Shown here: piece by piece, positions 42,831-52,800 of the stretch | How positions within the stretch are numbered: the first letter of the stretch is position 1 | Layout: every line of letters begins with the position of its first letter | IMG/VR virus record: IMGVR_UViG_3300042546_000155 | Origin: a virus | Length of the DNA: 64,000 nt | Reading direction: 5' to 3' (one strand) | The notes under the pieces: model-generated | Databases searched by the model: none | What the model was told of the DNA's origin: nothing | The model's input: only the letters and a program-made list of their open reading frames with translations | Translations under genes and position numbers: made by a program

Positions 42831-43940
42831 TTAGAAGGCAATATCAAAGAAGTTCACCTTCTTTGCGACAACCTTTGTTAGGACTAGTTCATGGTCGTCA
42901 CGAACAAAAGTCATGGTTCCAAGAACAGGGTCTAGAGCAACCAAGTCCTCTGGCTTAAATGAAATTGAAACATAGTTTTCATTATCATCAACCGCAACAG
43001 GCTGCGGACGGTTACTATTCATATACTTGTTCTTACCCTCATTAGAGCTGGTGTATGTGTAGTCAACATGAATGCTACCCAGCAAAGGATTGCCAGACCA
43101 CATTTCATCGGCAGTGTCAATGATGATACCCTTCTTTTTCAGAGTAACTTTGTAAGAAGCCTTGTTGGCATATTCAATCTTAGCATTGAGCATTTCCAAA
43201 GACTGCTCTGGAGTCTCATCATATCGATTCATTTCTTCGATAAGAGCCTTCATCATGTCAAAGTTGAACTTATCGAAAAGGGTTGATACCTTTACGACTC
43301 GACCGATATGGTTCTTATTAAGAAGATTGTCCTCGCAATACTCTTTCACAAACTCTGGAGTTAGACCAGAAAACTCTAGTGAATAGAACAAACGACCAGG
43401 ACGATTGCGCATATGCTCATCGACACGCCACTTGTCGTTACAAGTTAGAATGAATAGCTTCTTAGAAGGAAAGACACCATCAAGGAGTGTTAGCATAACT
43501 TCCTGCTGCTCACGGTCATATACCTTTTCAAACTCATCGAAAAGGACAATGGCAGGCTGCTGAATATCCTGAATGAACTTATTGAACTGATCACCAGACC
43601 AAGGCTGGTTGATGATAATCGTAGGAAGGTTGTGCTGCTGGGCACCCTGAACCACGAGGTTCTTGGCAAGCATTGTCTTACCAGAACCCTTCTCACCAGA
43701 GAGAAGGACGCCAGTTGCATTAGGACGGCTTAGAAAGGTGCTTAGAATACGGTTGGTATGACGCTGGGTATCACCGTATAGCTTACCCGGCTGAGCGAAG
43801 TCATCGACACGCTCGAAATACATATTCTCAAAAGGATCCTTAGCAATGGTAAAATTGCCAGTAGGAAGAACCTTATGAACGCACATAGAGGTTTCATCAC
43901 TAGGACGGAACACCTTACCATTCTGTAGAAACTGCGTCAT
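42831..43940 (-). CDS. AAA+ ATPase
   Basis: GEKGSGKT, LFDEFEK, LLDG, NRPGR. Confidence 0.9.
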   Translation of the reverse strand: MTQFLQNGKVFRPSDETSMCVHKVLPTGNFTIAKDPFENMYFERVDDFAQPGKLYGDTQRHTNRILSTFLSRPNATGVLLSGEKGSGKTMLAKNLVVQGAQQHNLPTIIINQPWSGDQFNKFIQDIQQPAIVLFDEFEKVYDREQQEVMLTLLDGVFPSKKLFILTCNDKWRVDEHMRNRPGRLFYSLEFSGLTPEFVKEYCEDNLLNKNHIGRVVKVSTLFDKFNFDMMKALIEEMNRYDETPEQSLEMLNAKIEYANKASYKVTLKKKGIIIDTADEMWSGNPLLGSIHVDYTYTSSNEGKNKYMNSNRPQPVAVDDNENYVSISFKPEDLVALDPVLGTMTFVRDDHELVLTKVVAKKVNFFDIAF

Positions 43941-43969
43941 CTTTCCTCACATCATTCATCTTATAAAGC

Positions 43970-43998
43970 ATATTAAACTAGTCTAAACGGAATGTCAA
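43970..43998 (-). promoter_or_regulatory. Sigma70-like promoter TTGACAttccgttt-N-TAATAT
   Basis: 17-nt spacer. Confidence 0.65.
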
Positions 43999-44503
43999 GC
44001 CCTAGCACTTAAATTTTACAACGGCATCTTTCCATTCACCGTTCATAGGAACTTGTGCCTGAGAAGACTTCAAATGACATACCTTAGGCTCAATCTTTAC
44101 CTGGTGCGTCTCACATTCGCCTGATGTAAGACAAATCGATATGACTGCAAATACTAGTTCTTTCATATTAAACTCCATATATTGTTAAGGCAGATAGATA
44201 CATGATGCCAAACATGAGAGTGGCACCAATAACAGCACCCAACAATCTTAGTTCAATATCGGTCTTATCATTCACCTTGGGACTTGGAGACCGCTCTGTG
44301 GTAGTATCGCTCGAATATTGACAAACGATCTTCTTCCGAGTAGTCGTCGGGAATTGGTATACCTTTGCACTTTTGCCAGACTTCATCAGCCATCTCCAAC
44401 ATAAATTCACGATCTTTTATATCTTCTATTTTATCAGTCTTTGATTTTGTCATTATAATACACCAATAGTTCGCACAAGTCAACTGTTTTCTGAATGTCT
44501 CTT

Positions 44504-44806
44504 TTACTTATTCTGTGTTCTGCCAAAATCTGCAATTGCTCGTTCCTGTTCTCGCAGGTACTCATCTGTCTTAGTATCTCTATGCAGACTTCCAGGTCCT
44601 CGTTTATCAATTCGAACATGTTGAGTCTCCTTCTTTCGGATCCAATCGGTACATGCTCTAGCTTGTTGATCCGTGATTTCTCCATTACAAACTGGTTTCA
44701 TCTTCGGATACATAAAAACTTGATCTAATATAGGTATAGTCATATAAAGAAAAATGAAGACCGCCCCAAAAGTGAACGGTCTAGTTTCATACCATCTTTT
44801 GAGCAT
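44504..44806 (-). CDS. Membrane-anchored hypothetical protein
   Basis: One TM segment, two Cys. Confidence 0.5.
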   Translation of the reverse strand: MLKRWYETRPFTFGAVFIFLYMTIPILDQVFMYPKMKPVCNGEITDQQARACTDWIRKKETQHVRIDKRGPGSLHRDTKTDEYLREQERAIADFGRTQNK

Positions 44807-44814
44807 AGTATTAT

Positions 44815-45114
44815 TTATGCTTCTTCTTTTCGCTTGAAGATAAACTCCTTCTTCTTTTCAACTGGCCATTCAGCAAAGTAAGGACCATTCATCTCATCAA
44901 ATACTCGCAGGTATTCTTTCTCATCAACTACACGATGGGAAAAGATTTCTTCGCCGATCCACTTCTGACCAACTTCACTCATATCAGGATCATCTTTGGT
45001 AATTTCAGAGATAACATCCTCAATAGCCCAATCATCAGGTGCATCATCAGGCAACTCAACTGCATGAACATGACGAAAAGAACTTACGGTTTCAACCAAC
45101 ACGATCTTAGACAT
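44815..45114 (-). CDS. Hypothetical phage protein
   Basis: ORF in run. Confidence 0.6.
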   Translation of the reverse strand: MSKIVLVETVSSFRHVHAVELPDDAPDDWAIEDVISEITKDDPDMSEVGQKWIGEEIFSHRVVDEKEYLRVFDEMNGPYFAEWPVEKKKEFIFKRKEEA

Positions 45115-45313
45115 ATTTTAGTTTCTCCTCAATCCATTCTTGGTATTGCTCTTGACTAGAAAAGTAGTTTATCACAAGATCAAGAGCGTTACGCATTTCA
45201 TCATCATTCATATCCGCATGACGATATGCTTCTTTTAGATTTTGCCTAGTGATTTCATCCATAATGTCGTAGTCAATATCAAGTGTAAATTTGCTCATTT
45301 CTTTTCCCACCAT
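45107..45313 (-). CDS. Hypothetical phage protein (paralog of 1865..2146)
   Basis: LKEAYR motif. Confidence 0.55.
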   Translation of the reverse strand: MVGKEMSKFTLDIDYDIMDEITRQNLKEAYRHADMNDDEMRNALDLVINYFSSQEQYQEWIEEKLKYV

Positions 45314-45573
45314 GTTATCTTTGGATTATGAAACTCATATGCCTGAACCAACTGCTCGGTCGTCCATATTTCAGGAGTAGTAAAGTTTCCTTCAAGCCAC
45401 CTTGTAAACCGAACCCAGTCTTTGCCTTTCATAATATTGAGACCTAACTCGGTATATTCTGGAACGTCATCACCATACACATCAATACGACCAGCACACC
45501 AGTCTTTACCGTTTTCATCAATCCACTTCTTGTTGACTGGACCCATCCAGTTTGTTGAGTATCTTACTTTCAT
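45295..45573 (-). CDS. Hypothetical phage protein
   Basis: Start MKVRYSTNW. Confidence 0.55.
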   Translation of the reverse strand: MKVRYSTNWMGPVNKKWIDENGKDWCAGRIDVYGDDVPEYTELGLNIMKGKDWVRFTRWLEGNFTTPEIWTTEQLVQAYEFHNPKITWWEKK

Positions 45574-45574
45574 C

Positions 45575-45859
45575 TTACCACTCCGGTGCGAATGATTTGC
45601 CACGAGTAAAAACATACGATACATCTGATCCATATGCAGGACAGATATGCACCTCTTCGGGTATACCGTTTATATCTTTCTCACCTGCTTCACCACAAAT
45701 GAAAAAGACACCAAAATGCTTTTCAGCGAAAACATTATGACGCAGAAACTTATTCATTATTTCAATGCGGTGTGCCGCCAGTTCATAGTCATCTTGGCTA
45801 CAGTTATCCCAATCACGGAGACGTTCCACGAGTTCTTCATTTGTCATTTTATCAGTCAT
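45575..45859 (-). CDS. Hypothetical phage protein
   Basis: LVERLR...AAHRIE. Confidence 0.55.
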   Translation of the reverse strand: MTDKMTNEELVERLRDWDNCSQDDYELAAHRIEIMNKFLRHNVFAEKHFGVFFICGEAGEKDINGIPEEVHICPAYGSDVSYVFTRGKSFAPEW

Positions 45860-46266
45860 TTCTTTTTCCCTACATCATCAAGATTTGTGCCGTCAGTAAT
45901 ATACTGATATGGACCTTTGGAATACAGAGGGGCAGTCCTGGCCGCCTTAGCAAGAATAGCCTTGCGAGTTTCTTCGCTCTCTTTATGCAGATTAGCCATC
46001 ACGGAACGATTAGCCGTGGCATTTGCAGGTGCATTACACACCTCTTGAATAGATTTTTCGTGATGTTTGGTAGAACGATCTACCTGCAATGAATTAGAAT
46101 AATCAGACTTCCAGGAAGTATTCTTAGTCTTCTTTGCCTTAATCTGCTTAGGCGAAACACCCATCTTTACCAACCATGCATCATGCTCGGAACGATCATG
46201 CTTGGTCTGCTTGCGCTTGCGCTTGCGAAGATTGGTCGTGGTATAATAGACGGGAAGAAGCGGCAT
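45856..46266 (-). CDS. Basic T4-like hypothetical protein
   Basis: C-terminal APxYxKGxYQY; promoter TTGACA-N17-TATACT at 46290..46318. Confidence 0.6.
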   Translation of the reverse strand: MPLLPVYYTTTNLRKRKRKQTKHDRSEHDAWLVKMGVSPKQIKAKKTKNTSWKSDYSNSLQVDRSTKHHEKSIQEVCNAPANATANRSVMANLHKESEETRKAILAKAARTAPLYSKGPYQYITDGTNLDDVGKKK

Positions 46267-46320
46267 ATAAATCTCCATTGACGATATGGAGTATAGCAAA
46301 ATCTAGTGGTGTTGTCAAGC

Positions 46321-46349
46321 AAAAAGGGTGCGACGTTTTGTCGCACCCC
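46321..46349 (-). terminator. Rho-independent terminator after pmoC
   Basis: GGGTGCGAC-aaaac-GTCGCACCC-TTTTTT. Confidence 0.85.
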
Positions 46350-46373
46350 AGTTTACATTCGTTTACATTTACC

Positions 46374-47144
46374 TTACTCGGTTAGGAGAGCAACGCCTTC
46401 CTTACCAACTAGAGAATGAACACGTCCTAGGATCTGTAGCACAACACCAAAGACACCTAGTGCCATCCATCCAAAGAATACGAAGCCCCAATGTAGCGGT
46501 GCCACAAATAGCTCTTCCATAAACCAGAATGTATGACCCCACTCATTGAGCCCAACGTTTGGAATAATCATGAATGGACCAATAGCAACAATCAGGAACG
46601 CAAGGCTATATCCCTGTGCGAAGTAAGGAATACGGGTCTTCGCATAGAAGAACGCACCAACAGCGATGATTGAATAGATTGGATAACTCATGTAGAACTC
46701 AATGATATGTGACGGAGTGAAGTCGGTATCACGAATGACTGTCATATGCCAGGTACCATCTTGTTCGGTGAAGAAACTTGCACCCCAATAGATAGCAACA
46801 GCATAAACAACCAACCACTGAACTAATACAGTTAGACGACGCATTTCTTCACGAGGTGAGAGGCTTGCGAGGTCACGGTCTCTTGTCTTCCATAGGTAAC
46901 CTGCTAGTGCAAGACCTGAAACCAATTCTAGTGGAATTTCTGTCCAGAGGATACTCATCCAGTATGTCTGGAACTCTGGTGCGAACGAGTCAAGGCCGGC
47001 ACGCCAACCATATACTTGTTCATAAATACGGACTATTAGATAAAAGGTATTTAGAAGGGCTAGGCCGATCCACATACCCCTAAGGTCAACGACCTCATTA
47101 ACGCCGGTAGCCACGGCTTTCGCCGATTGATTTACAACGCTCAT
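46374..47144 (-). CDS. pmoC: Particulate methane monooxygenase subunit C (alphaproteobacterial type)
   Basis: GLDSFAPEFQTYW, WGASFFTEQDGTWH, DTDFTPSH, NVGLNEWGHTFWFMEELFVAPLHWGF; C-terminal GKEGVALLTE as recalled for Methylocystis PmoC. Confidence 0.98.
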   Translation of the reverse strand: MSVVNQSAKAVATGVNEVVDLRGMWIGLALLNTFYLIVRIYEQVYGWRAGLDSFAPEFQTYWMSILWTEIPLELVSGLALAGYLWKTRDRDLASLSPREEMRRLTVLVQWLVVYAVAIYWGASFFTEQDGTWHMTVIRDTDFTPSHIIEFYMSYPIYSIIAVGAFFYAKTRIPYFAQGYSLAFLIVAIGPFMIIPNVGLNEWGHTFWFMEELFVAPLHWGFVFFGWMALGVFGVVLQILGRVHSLVGKEGVALLTE

Positions 47145-47166
47145 ATATCACTCCTATTTTATTATT

Positions 47167-47207
47167 GACCGGGTCTTCCGGGATAGGTTACCCGGTCTGT
47201 TATTTAG
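47167..47207 (-). promoter_or_regulatory. Late-promoter-like CTAAATA followed by a leader hairpin before the pmoC RBS
   Basis: CTAAATA 47201-47207; GACCGGGT/ACCCGGTC stem; AGGAG RBS. Confidence 0.55.
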
Positions 47208-47293
47208 CAGTCCCTATTGACTACTTGACAATAGTATGACATAGATTGCCGATGGAAAACAGTCAATCCTAGACAATCTGCTATCAATTTTCG

Positions 47294-47554
47294 TCATTCG
47301 TCAGGAACTTCCATATTAGGATTAAGTAAAGGAATAGTTCCTGTTGCTCCTCCATACGACATAGATACACCAGGCTTTGATGACTGCCATCCTTTTCTAT
47401 AACCATCAGATGGTGGAGGTGCGCCGTTAATTTGTGCCATGCTTTCTTCATATGTGCCTGGACCGAGAGAACGATTTTCAGTCGTCATTGGTACTTGAGC
47501 ATTAACCGCCGTGGGGAATACCACCATTAAGATCAAGATCAAAAATTTCATCAT
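47294..47554 (-). CDS. Small exported protein
   Basis: Signal peptide ending VNA. Confidence 0.55.
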   Translation of the reverse strand: MMKFLILILMVVFPTAVNAQVPMTTENRSLGPGTYEESMAQINGAPPPSDGYRKGWQSSKPGVSMSYGGATGTIPLLNPNMEVPDE

Positions 47555-48403
47555 ACATTCTTTCCTCTTTTCTTTTTGAATAGATACCATTGCAGTCTTA
47601 TAAAACCAATGACACGATTGATATAGTCGATCAGATATATATCTCTCTTGTTAAGCCTCAGGCGTAGTTGATTGTTTTCATCTTCATACTTTTGTATGAG
47701 ATATGCAGCACGGCGAGGGACAGAGTTGCAATGAACATGATTAGCCTTTTCAACCCAATCTGCTAACTCGTGTAGTTGTTTGATTAGTTCATCATTACTC
47801 ATACGACATATACCATAAACCAAGCGATGAAAAGTGCAATTGTAATAAGGACGGGAACAAACCCAAAGGCATATACTAGTCCTCCGATAATTGCAATCCA
47901 TAACGCTATACCGAACAATTCAACTTTCATCTATTCTCTCACCTATTTCATTGACGTGGAAACCAGGACGGATATCTGTATCTTCCGTTGTTATCTTGAA
48001 GAACTTGATAACATGGTTAGAATACCATCTGTCCCGGTCTCCACCGTCGAACTTTTGTTCTCTTATATAATCATCAAACAGTTTGTTATATTCTGCTTGA
48101 GTTATTGATTTCATTCAACTGATCTTCTAATTCTGCGATACGTTGTCGTAGTTTAGCGTTTTCTTCAATCAAACCCAATGCGGCAGATGATGAAATTTCA
48201 GTCACCTGTTTTGTCCCATCCTTATTAAACTTCATCGTCATAGTTCGTTCATCGTTCATTCTTTATACTCCTTAGACATACAATAACAGCAAAAAATAAA
48301 ACTACTATGGGCACTAAAACTAATGGTTCATGAGTTAGTCCATACATAGGAGCAGAGGCAAGTATGCAAATCAATCCAGTTATGATTAGAAACTCTTTCT
48401 TAC

Positions 48404-48529
48404 TCACAAATCAGCCTTCATCATCGTCTCACTTCCAAAACGCATACGCTTCAATAGCATACTTGTTTCTGGTAGAATACGGTTCATAAAATATTCTGCG
48501 GTATTGTGTCTGTCCTTATCGTCAGTCAT
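48404..48529 (-). pseudogene. Orphan duplicate of the acyl-CoA dehydrogenase C-terminus (41 aa)
   Basis: MTDDKDRHNTAEYFMNRILPETSMLLKRMRFGSETMM vs ATDDKARHTTATYFMENVLPEASFLLKKIRQGSQTMM; 24/37 identical by hand. Confidence 0.8.
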
Positions 48530-48695
48530 CTTTACATAATTCTCTTATTAGTTCGGCAATCTTCAAACAGTTTTCAGAGTTATACACATTAGACCAATAT
48601 GCTTGATCTTCACCGTTTGTTGGTCGTTTGCTGAAATACTGTGACGTTGATTCTAACCATAATATTGCTTCAAACGCTGTCATTCTACAATCTCC

Positions 48696-49118
48696 TCATA
48701 ACCACGATGCTTCGTAATAGATAGAACGATATTCATCCTTAGAATGTTCTTCAGTTAGCCAGTTTTTAGCCTTCGTGAATAGTTCTATATCACGAGCCTT
48801 CTGTTCCTCATGAGGATCGTATTCGTCTTTTTCCTCTGTGAAATAAGCCTTACCAAAGAAAAAACCTGTTACAAGTTCATCATAATGGCTATCATTCTCC
48901 CATACATTAATAATATAATCAAGGTCATCTTTATCTAGATCGATCTTCTGGCCATCATCAAATCCGGCAGCAAAGGCTTCAACGATAAATCCATGAAGGT
49001 TGACACGTTTATTCCAATAACCCATTTCAAGTAACACAGACGAAACAGGAAATCCATCGACCTTTTGTTCTTTGGAAAAAGAACACTTATTACCGTAGAG
49101 ATACATATCAAGACCCAT
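48696..49118 (-). CDS. Conserved phage hypothetical protein
   Basis: MGLDMYL...YW.K...HG.I...YYEASW. Confidence 0.75.
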   Translation of the reverse strand: MGLDMYLYGNKCSFSKEQKVDGFPVSSVLLEMGYWNKRVNLHGFIVEAFAAGFDDGQKIDLDKDDLDYIINVWENDSHYDELVTGFFFGKAYFTEEKDEYDPHEEQKARDIELFTKAKNWLTEEHSKDEYRSIYYEASWL

Positions 49119-49352
49119 GTTTCAATCCTTTCTTGACTTCCTTTTCCGATACAACATTTCCGCAACTACAAAAGGATCTATTCCAGGAAAGTATCCTTTT
49201 TCTTGGAGATACTCAGCCTGTCTAATATACTCTATTTGCTCTCGGAAGTCAAGTTCTTTCCACGATTTCATCAAAACCTCGGAATACTAAATAGAAGTGT
49301 AGGTCGCAGGACGGGAATCCTCACCTACTCTAAACCTGATCGGAGGTCCAGC

Positions 49353-50048
49353 ATGGATATTTATACTACAACCAACTACCGCAAAATCTGGGAACATTTC
49401 AACGGTCCTATTCCTAAAGACGAACAAGGAAGATCGTATGAAATCCATCACATCGACGGTAATCATTCCAATAATCATATAGATAATCTCCAGTGTGTTT
49501 CTATACAGGAACATTACGATATTCATTTTTCCCAGAACGACACATACGCTTGTTTGAGAATATCTCAAAAACTCAAAATGTCCCAACAAGAAATCTCTGA
49601 CTTTGCCACCAAGTTGAATAACGAAAGATGGTCTGATCCCGAATACTATGCCAGAATGTTAGAAATCAATAACGCTCCTGAGATAAGAAAACTAAGGTCA
49701 GATAATCTAAAAAGACAATGGGATGATCCAGAGTTTCGTGATAACATGGTGGCCATTAGAAACTCTCCTGAATACTTGGAAGAAAGATCAAAGATAAGTT
49801 CAAAGGTTTGGTCCAATACTGCCAAAAGAGAAGCATTATCAAAGAAGCATAAAGAAACATGGTCTGACCCTAAAAAGAGACAAGAGCAGTCGGAAAGACG
49901 AAAGAAGTATTTCCAAACTGCTCCTGTGTTTCATTGCTCATGCTGTAATCGTGATATAAAAGGACAACACAACTGGAATCAACATCTAAACTCCAAACAA
50001 CATCAGAACTCGTCTGGAGTTAGTGCCATCATTGTTTGTGATCCTTGA
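49353..50048 (+). CDS. Free-standing HNH homing endonuclease with WxxPE repeats and C-terminal C2H2 finger
   Basis: EIHHIDGNHSNNHIDNL...H; CSCC...H...H; CTAAATA 49287 and leader hairpin; opposite strand. Confidence 0.85.
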   Translation: MDIYTTTNYRKIWEHFNGPIPKDEQGRSYEIHHIDGNHSNNHIDNLQCVSIQEHYDIHFSQNDTYACLRISQKLKMSQQEISDFATKLNNERWSDPEYYARMLEINNAPEIRKLRSDNLKRQWDDPEFRDNMVAIRNSPEYLEERSKISSKVWSNTAKREALSKKHKETWSDPKKRQEQSERRKKYFQTAPVFHCSCCNRDIKGQHNWNQHLNSKQHQNSSGVSAIIVCDP

Positions 50049-51706
50049 CGAATCTTTTTCAGTAAGAAACTGGCTTCTGGCAAGACATTCTCCATAAAAT
50101 AAGTTGCGGTAGTATGTCTTGCTTTGTCGTCGGTTGCCAAACAAATACGAATATGCGCCAATCCTAACAAAACCAATCCAAACATTTTCATATATGGATA
50201 ACTTGCTGCACCAGCATCATTAGGATTCTTCATACCATTTGCTGCTAACCATTCAGTTGCTTGCTTTAGTTCGCTTACGGCTTGTGTCATTGGCTGAACG
50301 ATATGGTTGATATCGTGTTCATAAGAACTTGTTAGGAATGTTTCAGTATCTTTGAAGAAAGTCATAATAGCACGACCCATGTTCTTTGGCAACTTACGAC
50401 CAACAAGATCAAGAGCCTGAATACCATTAGCACCTTCATAGATCATGGCAATACGGGCATCACGGACAATCTGTTCCATGCCATTGTCACGGACATAACC
50501 ATGACCGCCCCATACTTGCTGCATCTTGATAGCGTTCTCAACACCATAATCAGTAACAACACCTTTGAGAACTGGAGTCATAAGACCAAGACGATCTTCC
50601 GCTTCTTCTCCACCCTTATCAACTAATGTGGCTGCTTCTAATACTAATAGACGGGCAGCTTCATTAATGCTGCGAACATCCATAAGCATACGCCTAATAT
50701 CAGGATGTGAAAGAATAGCGACACTAGGACCGCTAAGAGCGACGGCACTCTTACTCTGGATTCTGTCTTTGGCATATTGTAAGGCATTTTGAAACGCTAA
50801 CTCCGATTGTGATAGACCATGAATAGCACAGCCTAATCTAAGTTCATTCATCATAATAAACATGCCCTGGAGACCACGGCATCTTTCACCGATTAGGAAT
50901 CCTGTAGCACCATCAAAGTTCATAACACAAGTTGGTGAACCATGAATACCCATCTTAGATTCAATAGAACCACAAGATACTTTGTTGCGTGACATATCAG
51001 GAAGAATCTTTGGCACAGCAAACAAACTAATACCTTTGACACCTTCTGGGTCGCCTGCCGCACGGGCGAGGACGAGGTGAAGAATGTTCTTTGTTAGATC
51101 ATGTTCACCACCAGAAATAAAAATCTTCTGGCCAGTAATCTCATATGATCCATTCTGTTTATCTACTGCTTTAGTCTTGAGCAAACCAAGGTCAGTGCCG
51201 CAATGTGGTTCAGTAAGACACATTGTTCCTGTCCATTCACCACGCACCATTGGTGGAATGAATGTTTCTTTCTGTGCATCTGAACCAGAAACTAGTAGTG
51301 TTTGTATCGCTCCACGAGTAATGCCAGCAAAAAGAGACCAAGCCATGTTAGATGAGGATACAAATTCGTTTGCAGCAACCGCAAGTGTAAACGGCATACC
51401 TTGGCCGCCAAATCTTTCCGGAACTGATAGACCAATCCAACCTCCCTCTGCAAACTGTTTGTATGGTCCGTGGAAACATTCAGGCACATGAACACTCAAT
51501 GGTTCTACTGGTTCTGTAAAAGGAAACATAGGTGTTTTTTGTGAAAGTTTGCAACCTCTCCAATCACCTTCTTGATTAGTTGGTGCAATAGTTTCTTCTG
51601 ATAATTTTGCAATCTCTGTTAGGATTGGCTCTGTTAACTCGTTATCAAACTTTAGAACATCACGAAGAAGGAACAGGGTGGAATCTACTGGTGCTTTATA
51701 CTTCAT
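50003..51706 (-). CDS. Acyl-CoA dehydrogenase (long, DmdC-like subfamily)
   Basis: GTMCLTEPHCGTDL, GQKIFISGGEHD, KMGIHGSPTC, QVWGGHGY, IYEGANGIQALDL. Confidence 0.93.
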   Translation of the reverse strand: MKYKAPVDSTLFLLRDVLKFDNELTEPILTEIAKLSEETIAPTNQEGDWRGCKLSQKTPMFPFTEPVEPLSVHVPECFHGPYKQFAEGGWIGLSVPERFGGQGMPFTLAVAANEFVSSSNMAWSLFAGITRGAIQTLLVSGSDAQKETFIPPMVRGEWTGTMCLTEPHCGTDLGLLKTKAVDKQNGSYEITGQKIFISGGEHDLTKNILHLVLARAAGDPEGVKGISLFAVPKILPDMSRNKVSCGSIESKMGIHGSPTCVMNFDGATGFLIGERCRGLQGMFIMMNELRLGCAIHGLSQSELAFQNALQYAKDRIQSKSAVALSGPSVAILSHPDIRRMLMDVRSINEAARLLVLEAATLVDKGGEEAEDRLGLMTPVLKGVVTDYGVENAIKMQQVWGGHGYVRDNGMEQIVRDARIAMIYEGANGIQALDLVGRKLPKNMGRAIMTFFKDTETFLTSSYEHDINHIVQPMTQAVSELKQATEWLAANGMKNPNDAGAASYPYMKMFGLVLLGLAHIRICLATDDKARHTTATYFMENVLPEASFLLKKIRQGSQTMMALTPDEF

Positions 51707-51855
51707 GTTTTGATCCTTCCTTTGCTTCTCTTTCTTCTAGTTCGATCATCCATTGCTTGACCTTATGTAACATATTATGTTCAACAGGTCTTTCGGATGA
51801 ATAGTGAACATTAAATGCCAAACTAGCATCTATCAAACCTTTTAGTTCTTGCCAC

Positions 51856-52800
51856 TTATCCATTCTTCATCGACTCCAATATGTCGTCTAGTGTATATTG
51901 CGGAGTAAAGTTCAACATCATTTTTATCTTGTCTGTATTAGCAACAAGGTAAGCAACATCACCTTCTCTGCGTTCCTTATACTCAATAGTCATTTCACCA
52001 TTATGAATGATTTCATTGGCTTTGTCAACTATTTCTTTTACTGTATATCCTTTGCCTGAACCAACATTAAGAACATCATTAGTCCTCATTGCCATTCCGC
52101 TCATATGCTTATAGGAAAGTAAATGTGCTTTACAGATATCAATCACATGAACATAATCACGAATACAGGTACCGTCTCTAGTTGGCCAATCATTACCGTA
52201 GATTGTGGCAGTCTTGCTTCGGGCAAGAAGTGGAATCAGGTGAGTTTCAGGATCATGTTCCTCATACAAACCTGCTTCTACATTTCTACCACATGCATTG
52301 AAATAGCGAAGGCACATAACATTCATTTGATAAACACTGGCAAGAATTTCTTCCACCACTTGCTTAGTATGTCCATAAACAGATAGAGCATTCATTGGTC
52401 GGTTCTCGTTAAGATGACCAAACATACTATCATGGCTTTCACCATATACCGCAGCAGTTGATGAAAAGATAAAGTTCTCTGCTCTTTCTACTATTGCCCG
52501 GTCAATGAGCCTAATACTCCCCACCAGATTGTTTTGGTGGTACATAAAGGGTTCTCGCATACTTTCTTCGACACTTGTGTAGGCGGCGAAGTGAAAGATG
52601 GCGTCCGCTCTCGCAGGAAGATTAATGGTATCGCTAACCAAATCAGTATTATGATAAAAATCATAAAGAGACCTAAGATGTTGCTTTTCATGTTTATCTA
52701 TTCCATGTATGATGCAATCGGGATATGTCTTTCTCAATTCATAGCACATATGACTGCCAATATATCCATTACAGCCTGTGACTACGAATGTTTTAGACAT
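51856..52800 (-). CDS. galE: UDP-glucose 4-epimerase-like
   Basis: TGCNGYIGSH, FSSTAAVYG, YxxTK, LRYFN, DGTCIRDYVHV. Confidence 0.85.
   Translation of the reverse strand: MSKTFVVTGCNGYIGSHMCYELRKTYPDCIIHGIDKHEKQHLRSLYDFYHNTDLVSDTINLPARADAIFHFAAYTSVEESMREPFMYHQNNLVGSIRLIDRAIVERAENFIFSSTAAVYGESHDSMFGHLNENRPMNALSVYGHTKQVVEEILASVYQMNVMCLRYFNACGRNVEAGLYEEHDPETHLIPLLARSKTATIYGNDWPTRDGTCIRDYVHVIDICKAHLLSYKHMSGMAMRTNDVLNVGSGKGYTVKEIVDKANEIIHNGEMTIEYKERREGDVAYLVANTDKIKMMLNFTPQYTLDDILESMKNG

Noticed and set aside
46374-47144. Host chromosomal pmoCAB operon or host contamination
   Set aside because: No pmoA or pmoB follows, the flanks are phage-like ORFs and codon usage is phage-like. Read mapping would be the final check.
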